A DNA stretch of 64,000 nucleotides from Clostridiales bacterium (GTDB lineage: Bacteria; Bacillota; Clostridia; Lachnospirales; WRAX01): positions 31 through 64,030 of the forward strand of contig JAISCI010000028.1 in NCBI GenBank assembly GCA_031265685.1, given 5' to 3'. The position numbers and the translations under genes are program-made. Positions 15,659 to 25,429 of this stretch are shown here, one piece after another. Within the stretch, counting starts at the first letter, position 1. Each line of letters opens with the position of its first letter. Under the pieces are notes generated by a model that was given only the letters and a program-made list of their open reading frames with translations, was not told the origin of the DNA and did not search any database.

Positions 15659-16509
15659 ACCGCGATCGCCGCCTTCCCCGCGTTGATGGCTTCCCGCTCC
15701 GTCAGCAGAGCCGGACCGCCGTACATGCCGGCGCCGCTCATCGCCGCGCCGAACCGGGCGTATTCCGGCATATCGACGCCGTGACTCTGGAATATTCCGT
15801 TAAATATGGCGCGCGGGGTGTCGATGGCGAGCAGCTGACCGTCGTTCATGACGAGCACCCGATCGGCGCAACGCGCCACGCGTTCCATATCATGATCCAC
15901 CATAACTACGGTAATGCCGTCTTTATTCAGGCGCTTTACAATATCAAACACTTCTTCGCTGCCGAGGGGATCGAGCTGAGTCGTGCATTCGTCCAGCACG
16001 AGAATCGACGGGCGCATAATAAGCGTGGACCCGATGGCCACCCGCTGTATCTGCCCGCCCGACAGCTCGAGGGGATTTTTTCGCAAAAGCCCCCCAACGC
16101 GTATGGTTTCCGCGATTTCCTTCACCCGGCGCCGCATCTCGTCCCGCGGCGCGCCGATGTTGCACAGGCCGTAGGCAAGTTCTTCCTCGACCGTGCTTGT
16201 CGTGTATGAAATCTGGTTGAAAGGATTCTGGAACACAAGGCCGATCTTGCTGGCCAGGTTCGCTACGCTCGTCCCCTCCGTGTCCTGCCCAAGGACGCTT
16301 ACGCCGCCTTTTTTGGCGCCGCTGAAATAAGACGGTATCAGCCCGACAAGCGCGTTGCACAGCGACGATTTGCCCGCTCCGTTAGGGCCTATGATACACA
16401 AAAACTCGCCGCGCCCGACGGTGAAGCTCAAATCTTTCAGCGCCTGTTTACGCTCCCCGGCGTACCTGAAGCTCAGGTTTTTGACCTCGATCACAGTGTC
16501 CACGCTCAT
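15655..16509 (-). CDS. ECF transporter ATPase component (A)
   Basis: Translation from ATG 16509 contains Walker A GPNGAGKSS, signature LSGGQ and Walker B LVLDECT. An ATGA overlap joins it to the T component. Confidence 0.9.
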   Translation of the reverse strand: MSVDTVIEVKNLSFRYAGERKQALKDLSFTVGRGEFLCIIGPNGAGKSSLCNALVGLIPSYFSGAKKGGVSVLGQDTEGTSVANLASKIGLVFQNPFNQISYTTSTVEEELAYGLCNIGAPRDEMRRRVKEIAETIRVGGLLRKNPLELSGGQIQRVAIGSTLIMRPSILVLDECTTQLDPLGSEEVFDIVKRLNKDGITVVMVDHDMERVARCADRVLVMNDGQLLAIDTPRAIFNGIFQSHGVDMPEYARFGAAMSGAGMYGGPALLTEREAINAGKAAIAV

Positions 16510-17333
16510 ACCCCCAATCCCAGTACCGGGCGCAGCGCCCAGAATACCGCGAATAATACGCACACAATCAAAAACGCCACAAGAACTTTCTTCGCGGCTT
16601 TTTCGCCCGGGGTTAAATACAGCGCCACAAAGCTTGTCGGGCGGACGTCTTTGACGCCGAACCCGCGCGTCTCCAGCGTCATGCCGCGCTCCTGCACGTC
16701 CACAAGGCTGCTCATGACCGTCGGCCCGATAATCGGCAAGAACGCTTTGAACCGCGTGGACATAGTGCCTTCCACCTCTACTCCGCGCGCCGTCTGAGCC
16801 TCCTGGATAACCGCGATGCGGCGCTGGATCTGCGGCACCACGTTAAGGCTGGCCAGCACCAGGTATCCCGCCTTCGAGTTTAACCCGGCGTCCTGCATGG
16901 CCGTCACCAGTTTCCCGGGGTATGTCGTCGTGGTCATAAGATAAAACCCGCCCAGGAATACCAGCAGCGTGCCCACGGTCTTAAACGCGTACACAACGCC
17001 CTCAAGGCCGAGCCGCGCGAAGCCGAAGTCGGCCAGAACCGTCACGTTTTTCGGGCTGTACAGTCCCTGGATAATCAGCAGCATACATGTTATTGGTACG
17101 GCGAAAGCTATGATGAATTTGCTGAACCTTCCCAGCAGCTTAGCCCGCCAGGCCACGCAGAAGAGGAACGCCACCACGGCGTAGGACAGCCACAGGAAAG
17201 GAAAGGCGGCGCATCCGATTCCAAGGCATAACACCCCATAGATTTTCACCATCGGGTGCATTCTGTCGATAGGCGAATCCAGCGGAATGTAACTTGATGT
17301 TTTTTTAGTTTTAATTTTATTTTGTTTCGACAT
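16506..17333 (-). CDS. ECF transporter transmembrane T component (EcfT/CbiQ family)
   Basis: 275 aa and polytopic, with the conserved ARG coupling motif (AQTARGVEVEG). Confidence 0.8.
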   Translation of the reverse strand: MSKQNKIKTKKTSSYIPLDSPIDRMHPMVKIYGVLCLGIGCAAFPFLWLSYAVVAFLFCVAWRAKLLGRFSKFIIAFAVPITCMLLIIQGLYSPKNVTVLADFGFARLGLEGVVYAFKTVGTLLVFLGGFYLMTTTTYPGKLVTAMQDAGLNSKAGYLVLASLNVVPQIQRRIAVIQEAQTARGVEVEGTMSTRFKAFLPIIGPTVMSSLVDVQERGMTLETRGFGVKDVRPTSFVALYLTPGEKAAKKVLVAFLIVCVLFAVFWALRPVLGLGV

Positions 17334-17364
17334 TTCGTCATCTCCCTTCCTTATTTTCGAGTCG

Positions 17365-17409
17365 GAGCCATGGGGTTACCGGACCTGTTCGGGGCGGACC
17401 CCATGGCTC
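17365..17409 (-). promoter_or_regulatory. Intercistronic stem-loop between the S and T genes
   Basis: GAGCCATGGGG (17365-17375) and CCCCATGGCTC (17399-17409) form a perfect 11-bp inverted repeat with a 23-nt loop. No U-run follows. Confidence 0.5.
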
Positions 17410-17442
17410 GTTACAAATCAGAGGCTTATACGGACAATCCGG

Positions 17443-18084
17443 TCACGCGGGCGAGCCGTCCGGGTCTTCCGCGAAATCGTCCGTACCGTCCAGGGAATAC
17501 TGGCTGCGCAGGCGCTTGGGTATGTACTTGAGGATAACGTAGGCGATGGCGAACGCGATAGCCCGGTCGATCAGGTTCTCGATCATGGACGAGGCGAAGA
17601 TGGATCCCAGTATTTCCTGCGTCGCCGCGATCAGCGTCACGGTCAGCAGGGACGATCCGGTCGCGCCCGTCGCGCCGCCGAAAACGAAATACGTCACGCT
17701 GCCCGCCAAAGCCGCCGATACCACGGTGGAGGCGAGCCAGATAATCACGACGCCCCAAATCTTTTTGAACAGCCCCGCCCTCATCATAAACCCGACGACC
17801 AGCGCCACGCCGACGCTGACGACGGAATACGGCAGGTAGACCGGATTGGAGACAAGAGCCAGGAAAATATTAGTAAGCAGACCGACCAGCGCCGCAACCC
17901 ACGGTCCGGCCAGCGCCGCCGAGACTATGGTGCCGATCATATCGAGAAATATCGGCAGCTTGAGATTGGAGGCAAGCATACCGCCGACCAGGTTTATACC
18001 CACCGCGATCGGGATGAGCACGATAGCCTTGACCGAAAACTGATCTTTGATGCCTTGGATAAAGCTTTTCTTGTTTTTGCCCAT
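17443..18084 (-). CDS. ECF transporter substrate-specific S component; substrate unknown
   Basis: Translation from ATG 18084 (GGGAGGA RBS) gives 213 aa with about 6 TM helices in an ECF S-type topology (YkoE/ThiW-like feel). The acidic C-terminal tail is DGTDDFAEDPDGS. Confidence 0.7.
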   Translation of the reverse strand: MGKNKKSFIQGIKDQFSVKAIVLIPIAVGINLVGGMLASNLKLPIFLDMIGTIVSAALAGPWVAALVGLLTNIFLALVSNPVYLPYSVVSVGVALVVGFMMRAGLFKKIWGVVIIWLASTVVSAALAGSVTYFVFGGATGATGSSLLTVTLIAATQEILGSIFASSMIENLIDRAIAFAIAYVILKYIPKRLRSQYSLDGTDDFAEDPDGSPA

Positions 18085-18180
18085 GATTAGTCCTCCCATT
18101 GACATGATTGATACTAATCTCAATTATCCCCTGATTGAGATCAGCGCAATGCATCCCGCGCGGGGATACAATCGTCTGTC

Positions 18181-18415
18181 ATACTAATTCCATTCTATAA
18201 GGACGCCAAATATTTTTTCGGTCCGCTCCTGGAATTGTGCATCGCATTATCGAGTGACAGAAGTTTGCGCGAATCGAAGCATTATCGTGTGGTTCAAACG
18301 ATAATGCGATGCAAACTTCGTCCAAGCGATAACGCTTCGAACCAAGCAAAATTCAGAGCCGCGCGGACGCACGCGCTTAAAGAATATCCGGCACAAATCT
18401 GAATGGAATTAGTAT
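18181..18415 (-). mobile_element. TIR-bounded non-coding element, copy C (inverted relative to A and B) with a four-stem X/Y core
   Basis: ATACTAATTCCATTCTATAAGGACGCCAAATATTTTTTCGG ... AAGAATATCCGGCACAAATCTGAATGGAATTAGTAT. The core at 18232-18354 is a nested palindrome. Confidence 0.8.
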
Positions 18416-18421
18416 CAGCGA

Positions 18422-19153
18422 TTAACGCTCGCTTTCATCTTCCGCTCCGATGTCCGCGACCGCCTGCTCTATGACCGAATCGAGCATCTCGCGGATCGAC
18501 CGCTCACCGAGAGCCGTATCTTTTTCCGCGATGGCTTGGACTATCTTCGTGTGCAGCGCGACGCCCTCCGCCGCGCCGACGGGCGAAAGCGTCAGGCGGA
18601 TGGATTTTTCCACTAACTCGCTTATGGCCTTGCACGCGTTGGAGATCAGCGGGTTTTGTGTCATCTGCGCCAGTTTCAGGTGAAACATCGTGTCGAAATA
18701 GGCGTAAGAGTTATAGTCGGACAGATTATCCCCCATCATGACCGTGTACCGCTTCAGTAGCTCCACATCGCCCGGGCGCGCCCTCTCTATCGCCAGCCGG
18801 ACCGTGCCGGCCTCCAATATCTTCCGATACTCCAGGAGGTTGAGTATGTCTTTACCGCCGGGCTTCGCCACGGAGAGCATCGTCTTGAAATAGTCCCCCG
18901 AGTTAAACTCTTTTACAAAAGATCCCCTGCCTTGCTGAGTCTCGATGAGATTCAGCGCGACGAGCTTTTGCAAAGCCTCGCGCACCGTGATGCGGCTGAC
19001 GCCCAGTTCGCCCGTGAGCTGGTTCTCGGAAGGTATTTTCCTTCCCGGTTTCCATTGCCCCGACGTTATCTTCTCGAGCAGAGTTTCATACACTTGAGTC
19101 CGGGCGTCGTTTTTATCCAAGCCATCTCCCTGAATGAATTCCAGGTTATCCAC
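18422..19153 (-). CDS. GntR-family transcriptional regulator (FadR/FCD subfamily)
   Basis: The start is GTG with an AAAGGAGG RBS. The wHTH is KIPSENQLTGELGVSRITVREALQKL, followed by an all-helical C-terminal FCD-like domain. Confidence 0.85.
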   Translation of the reverse strand: MDNLEFIQGDGLDKNDARTQVYETLLEKITSGQWKPGRKIPSENQLTGELGVSRITVREALQKLVALNLIETQQGRGSFVKEFNSGDYFKTMLSVAKPGGKDILNLLEYRKILEAGTVRLAIERARPGDVELLKRYTVMMGDNLSDYNSYAYFDTMFHLKLAQMTQNPLISNACKAISELVEKSIRLTLSPVGAAEGVALHTKIVQAIAEKDTALGERSIREMLDSVIEQAVADIGAEDESER

Positions 19154-19422
19154 CTCCTTTCCGACTTATAATACAAGTCGAGAAATTATATTATAACTTC
19201 GATATTTGTATTATAAGATAGATTTTTTATTTACGCAATACACGAAACCTACAAACTTTCGAGCGTATTGTTGTGCATATTGCCGCCGCGCGGTTGTCGC
19301 CGTAACCCAGTTGTATTTTCATTTCATAAACTTCGGTAACATCCAAGAAAACGGGCGGTCAGCGGAAATTCAGACTCATAAGCATTAAGGCGCGGCAAGA
19401 AGGCGCGGCAAACGCCGGCCAA

Positions 19423-19512
19423 GAATTTTGCATCGCATTATCGCTTGATGGAATTTTGCGTGAACCAAGCAAAATTCGTCCACGCGATAATGCTTCGAAC
19501 CGCGCAAAATTC
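19423..19512. repeat. Three-stem nested palindrome (X/Y word family)
   Basis: GAATTTTGC-ATC-GCATTATCG-7-GAATTTTGC-GTGAACCAA-GCAAAATTC-7-CGATAATGC-TTCGAACCGC-GCAAAATTC. Confidence 0.85.
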
Positions 19513-19700
19513 CGCAGCCACGGATATTTTGATAAGTGCAAAGAGGATGCGCTTGCGCGGATACGGCGGCGTCTGCCCGGAGGGGCGAAATATTATAACA
19601 TATATCGATCACTAAAGCCATGTATATTTCAATGATTTCATGTACTGAAGGGGCGAAAAGATATAATTTACGTCGCCCCGCCATCCATTGCACATTCCTA

Positions 19701-19729
19701 TTGACAAACGCCGCGCGCCGGTTTATAAT
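19701..19729 (+). promoter_or_regulatory. Consensus SigA promoter of the yceD-rpmF-plsX operon
   Basis: TTGACA (19701-19706), exactly 17 nt of spacer, then TATAAT (19724-19729). Confidence 0.8.
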
Positions 19730-19769
19730 ATTTTTCTGTGACGAATTCCGTGGGCTTGGCGGTGACAGT

Positions 19770-20228
19770 TTGATAGTCGATGTGGAAAAGCTCCGCGCGG
19801 GAGCGCGGCTGGACGTAGCTTTCACGAAAACATACCGCATTCCCGAGGAATACGGTCTGATCGGGAACTCGGCGGACGCGCGCGTAACCGGGCATATCGC
19901 CGAGGAAGCCGGCAGGTACGTTTTTGAAGCGGAGGCTGAAGCGTCGTTCCGGGCGGAATGCTCGCGGTGTCTCACGCCTGTCCGCGCCGGCGCGGCGTTC
20001 AAATTCCGCAGCGTGTTCGCGACCGAGCCTGAAAAGGAAGATTACGACGACGTGTATCCCGTCGCGGATGGCAAAGCCGATCTGTCGGCGGCGGCGGTTT
20101 CTAATCTGCTTATTGAGATTCCCGTCAAGTTCCTCTGCTCGAAGGATTGCAAGGGGCTTTGCCCCGTTTGCGGCGCGAACCTGAACGACGATCCCGGCCA
20201 CGGCCATTCGCCGCCGCAAGACGCCTGA
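19770..20228 (+). CDS. yceD: YceD/DUF177 family protein (large-subunit rRNA accumulation protein)
   Basis: The C-terminal CSKDCKGLCPVCGANLND motif and the position directly upstream of rpmF support the call. The start is placed at TTG 19770 (or GTG 19782) because the consensus promoter lies inside the longer tracked ORF. Confidence 0.75.
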   Translation: MIVDVEKLRAGARLDVAFTKTYRIPEEYGLIGNSADARVTGHIAEEAGRYVFEAEAEASFRAECSRCLTPVRAGAAFKFRSVFATEPEKEDYDDVYPVADGKADLSAAAVSNLLIEIPVKFLCSKDCKGLCPVCGANLNDDPGHGHSPPQDA

Positions 20229-20282
20229 TCGGGGCGCGCGGCGCGAGCGCCATAAACGTTATTTAATGAAGGGGAAATTCGC

Positions 20283-20471
20283 ATGTCTATCTGCCCGAAG
20301 GGTAAAATCTCGAAGGCGCGCCGCGACAAGCGCCGCGCGAACAGCTTTGTCATTCCCGCGATCAGTCTCGTCAAGTGCGCGAAGTGCGGCGAGCTTGTCC
20401 GCGCGCACGCCGCCTGCAAAGTCTGCGGGACGTACAAAAAGCAGACCGTGCTGACCATAAAGGAAAAGTGA
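20283..20471 (+). CDS. rpmF: 50S ribosomal protein L32
   Basis: 62 aa: KGKISKARRDKRRA...CAKCGELVRAHAACKVCGTY, a zinc-ribbon L32. Confidence 0.95.
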   Translation: MSICPKGKISKARRDKRRANSFVIPAISLVKCAKCGELVRAHAACKVCGTYKKQTVLTIKEK

Positions 20472-20479
20472 GCGCGCGC

Positions 20480-21481
20480 GTGAGAGTCGCGCTCGACGCG
20501 ATGGGCGGGGACAACGCCCCCCAAGCGGCGATTGCCGGAGCCGCCGCCGCGCTCTCGGCTTACCCGGAGATAGCGGTGGCGCTGGTAGGTAAATCGGACG
20601 TGGTCAAAAGCGCTCTCTCCGGTCATAGTGCGGACATGGGCCGCATAGAGATAATACACGCCAGCGAGGTTATCGGCGCGGACGAATCCCCGACGGCGGC
20701 TGTGCGCCGCAAGAAGGACTCGTCGATAGCGGTCGGCCTGAGGCTTCTTAAAGAAGACTCGGCGGACGCGTTCGTCTCCGCCGGGAGCACCGGCGCGCTG
20801 CTCACGGGCGCCGCCGTCACGCTGGACCGCTTGCCCGGCGTCGCGCGGCCCGCCTTGGCGACGCTGCTTCCGACCAAGACGGGCGGGCGCGTGCTTCTGC
20901 TTGACTCGGGCGCGAACGTGGATGCGAAGCCGGAGTATCTGGCGCAGTTCGCGGCAATGGGTTCGGTCTACATGGAGCGCGCGGAAGGAGTCTCCAATCC
21001 GCGCGTCGGCCTGATAAACATCGGCGCCGAAGCCGAAAAGGGCAACGCTCTCACGCGGGCGGCTTACGGTCTGCTCGCGGCCCTGCCGGGGATCAACTTC
21101 ATCGGCAACGCGGAGCCGCGGGATATTCCGGCGGGCGTCTGCGACGTAGCCGTCTGCGACGCTTTTGTCGGCAACGTGATCCTCAAATATTCGGAGGGTC
21201 TGGCGGGAGCGCTGATGTCGATGCTGAAGCGCGAACTGATGGCGACGCTGCCCTCGAAGATCGGCGCCGCGCTGTCTAAGGGCGCTTACAAGCGGCTGGC
21301 GCGGGCGTTCGACTACGAGGAGGTCGGCGGCGCACCGTTTCTTGGGCTGACGAAAGTCGTCGTCAAGGCGCACGGATCGTCCGGTGAGAAGGCTTTCAAG
21401 AACGCTTTGGGGCAGGCTCTCCGTTTCGCGTCCTCGGGCGCGGCGGGCGGCTTGGCGGCAAAATTGGCCGAAAGGCAGTGA
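20480..21481 (+). CDS. plsX: Phosphate acyltransferase PlsX
   Basis: Translation from GTG 20480 gives MRVALDAMGGDNAPQA...GNVILK..., the PlsX pattern. An alternative GTG at 20468 overlaps the rpmF stop codon. Confidence 0.9.
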   Translation: MRVALDAMGGDNAPQAAIAGAAAALSAYPEIAVALVGKSDVVKSALSGHSADMGRIEIIHASEVIGADESPTAAVRRKKDSSIAVGLRLLKEDSADAFVSAGSTGALLTGAAVTLDRLPGVARPALATLLPTKTGGRVLLLDSGANVDAKPEYLAQFAAMGSVYMERAEGVSNPRVGLINIGAEAEKGNALTRAAYGLLAALPGINFIGNAEPRDIPAGVCDVAVCDAFVGNVILKYSEGLAGALMSMLKRELMATLPSKIGAALSKGAYKRLARAFDYEEVGGAPFLGLTKVVVKAHGSSGEKAFKNALGQALRFASSGAAGGLAAKLAERQ

Positions 21482-21490
21482 TCGTTTTAT

Positions 21491-21742
21491 ATGGAATTTG
21501 ATGTAACGCGCGGGATATTGGCGCGGCTTCTTGATATTCCGGAAGGCAGAGCGAAAGAGACGATCAAGAAAGAATCGCGCCTGTCCGAAGATCTGGGCGC
21601 GGACTCGTTGGACGTGTACGCCGCCCTCGCCGAACTGGAGGGCGCTTTCGACGTGACGTTTCCGGCCGGCGCGTATAAACGCTACCGCACGGTGGGACAG
21701 ATAACCGAATTCATAAAAAAGGCCGTTGAATACTATGTGTAA
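21491..21742 (+). CDS. acpP: Acyl carrier protein
   Basis: 83 aa with the DLGADSLD phosphopantetheine-attachment motif, located between plsX and rnc. Confidence 0.8.
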   Translation: MEFDVTRGILARLLDIPEGRAKETIKKESRLSEDLGADSLDVYAALAELEGAFDVTFPAGAYKRYRTVGQITEFIKKAVEYYV

Positions 21743-22436
21743 AGAAATTAGCGGTGAATTTAAGTCGCGGATAGGCTATGAGTTTAATGACGGCGCGCTT
21801 CTCGCTCAGGCGCTGACGCACAGTTCCTATTCCAACGAGCGCAAACTGCCCATCAAAAGCTGTAACGAGCGTCTTGAATATCTTGGTGACGCCGTTTTGG
21901 AGCTATCCGTCAGCGACCACGTTTTCTCGGCGTATCCCGATCTTTCCGAGGGCGAGATGACGAAGCTCCGCGCCAGCGTCGTTTGCGAGCCGACGCTGGC
22001 GGGAGCGGCCCGGCGCGTCGGGTTGGGCGCCGCGCTGCGCATGGGACGCGGGGAGGACAACACCGGCGGGCGCGAACGCGACTCGATCCTCTCGGACGCG
22101 TTCGAGGCCGTTATCGGCGCGATCTACAAGGACGGGGGGTTCGGCGCCGCACGGGATTTCGTGAAGCGTCAGCTTACGCCGGATATTGAGACCATGCTGT
22201 ACCGATTCAACGTTGCCGACCCCAAAACTTTCCTTCAGGAACGCATTCAGGCGCGCTCGAAATCGCCGCTCGTTTACACCGTGATTGGCGAAAGCGGACC
22301 GGATCATGACAAGACATTCCGCGTGGCGGTATCGCATTGCGGAAGCGAAATCGGTCGCGGAGAGGGACGCAGCAAAAAAGAAGCCGAGCAGGCCGCGGCG
22401 AATGACGCGCTGAAAAAGGAAGGCGTCGGGGATTAG
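21735..22436 (+). CDS. rnc: Ribonuclease III
   Basis: Contains the signature NERLEYLGDAVLE and a C-terminal dsRBD (GEGRSKKEAEQAAA). ATG 21735 overlaps the acp stop codon. Confidence 0.95.
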   Translation: MCKEISGEFKSRIGYEFNDGALLAQALTHSSYSNERKLPIKSCNERLEYLGDAVLELSVSDHVFSAYPDLSEGEMTKLRASVVCEPTLAGAARRVGLGAALRMGRGEDNTGGRERDSILSDAFEAVIGAIYKDGGFGAARDFVKRQLTPDIETMLYRFNVADPKTFLQERIQARSKSPLVYTVIGESGPDHDKTFRVAVSHCGSEIGRGEGRSKKEAEQAAANDALKKEGVGD

Positions 22437-22446
22437 AGCCGGCGAG

Positions 22447-23154
22447 GTGATTTTTCGCGGGGTATTCGGCGTAAGCTTGTCTAATCTTGGTGCGTTTGGG
22501 TATTTGGCGCTGGCGTTGCTCGTTCCGGTCGCTGCCGCCGCAGGTTACGCCTTTTTGGGGCTGATTCGGAACGGACGGCTTCGCGGGGCGCTTAGGTCGC
22601 TGTTGTGGGGAGCCGGCGGAGCGGTATTGATCGTGTTCTCCGCCGCCTTCGCGGTCGTCGCTATGGACTCGGGCGGGGACCCCGCCCAGCGAAGCGACTA
22701 TGCCATCGTTCTCGGCGCGGGGATTCGCGGCGAGCAACTTTCGCTGCAGCTTCTCGAGAGGCTCACGGAAGCCCTCGGCTACCTCGCGCGTTACCCCGAT
22801 TCGACCGCGATACTTTCCGGCGGCCAAGGCGCGGGCGAGACGATCTCCGAAGCCGAGGCGATGTTCCGATGGCTGACAGACCACGGAATCGAGGCGGACC
22901 GGCTCGTCTTGGAGGACAAATCGACGTCCACGCTGGAGAATATCCGTTTCTCGAAGGCGCTGATACCCGGCGGCGCGACGGTATCCGTAATAACAAACGG
23001 GTATCACGCGCGACGCGCGGCCGAAATCGCGGCGGCGGAAGGCTTGGACGCCCGCGTCGCCGCGGCGGCAAGCCGCAGCGCGTTTATTGGACTCAACTAT
23101 ATGATACGCGAGGCGCTAATCGAGGTATACACAAACTGGCAGTCTCGCCGATAA
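22447..23154 (+). CDS. DUF218 (YdcF/SanA-like) membrane-anchored protein
   Basis: N-terminal TM helices are followed by YAIVLGAGI...ILSGGQG...ISEAEAM...STSTLENI...VITNGYH. Confidence 0.75.
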   Translation: MIFRGVFGVSLSNLGAFGYLALALLVPVAAAAGYAFLGLIRNGRLRGALRSLLWGAGGAVLIVFSAAFAVVAMDSGGDPAQRSDYAIVLGAGIRGEQLSLQLLERLTEALGYLARYPDSTAILSGGQGAGETISEAEAMFRWLTDHGIEADRLVLEDKSTSTLENIRFSKALIPGGATVSVITNGYHARRAAEIAAAEGLDARVAAAASRSAFIGLNYMIREALIEVYTNWQSRR

Positions 23155-23186
23155 AAACGCCCCCGCTGCCGCGGAGGCGTTTTTTG
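23153..23186. terminator. Bidirectional rho-independent terminator between the DUF218 gene and groEL
   Basis: AAAAACGCCCCCGC-TGC-CGCGGAGGCGTTTTTT: a GC-rich stem flanked by an A-run and a T-run. Confidence 0.8.
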
Positions 23187-23209
23187 TCTCTGTAATTCCG
23201 TAATCTGAC

Positions 23210-25128
<1,919 letters not shown>

Positions 25129-25153
25129 GCTTGCCGCCTCCTTTAGAATCTTA

Positions 25154-25180
25154 TCAGCACTCATGACGTGTGAGTGCTAA
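25154..25180 (-). promoter_or_regulatory. CIRCE operator (HrcA binding site)
   Basis: The minus strand reads TTAGCACTC-ACACGTCAT-GAGTGCTGA, against the consensus TTAGCACTC-N9-GAGTGCTAA. Confidence 0.9.
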
Positions 25181-25190
25181 ACCGTTAATT

Positions 25191-25219
25191 ATAATACTAA
25201 TACGCAAGGATATTGGCAA
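25191..25219 (-). promoter_or_regulatory. Probable SigA promoter of groESL
   Basis: The minus strand reads TTGCCA, 17 nt of spacer, then TATTAT, immediately upstream of CIRCE. Confidence 0.6.
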
Positions 25220-25352
25220 GGGCGATATTGGCGGATATACGGGATATATTCGCTAAATATCGGAAATATCCCGCGTTTTATCGCTGTCGCTTTTGAAATC
25301 TCAATATTTCGTTGTGATCTGATCTTTTAACAAAAATTCATATCTAAAACCA

Positions 25353-25381
25353 TTGCTAAAAAAACTCTTTTGTATTAGAAT
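25353..25381 (+). promoter_or_regulatory. Probable SigA promoter of the LCP gene
   Basis: TTGCTA, 17 nt of spacer, then TAGAAT, about 45 nt upstream of ATG 25430. Confidence 0.5.
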
Positions 25382-25429
25382 AAAGATGTGCGTTGTTTCC
25401 ATTCTTAAAATAATTTGAGGTGCATATAT

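Noticed and set aside
20042-21373. 443-aa minus-strand ORF antisense to plsX and rpmF
   Set aside because: The sequence is Arg/Ala/Gly-rich and low-complexity with no recognisable motif. It lies opposite well-supported genes, and long spurious antisense ORFs are expected at this GC content.
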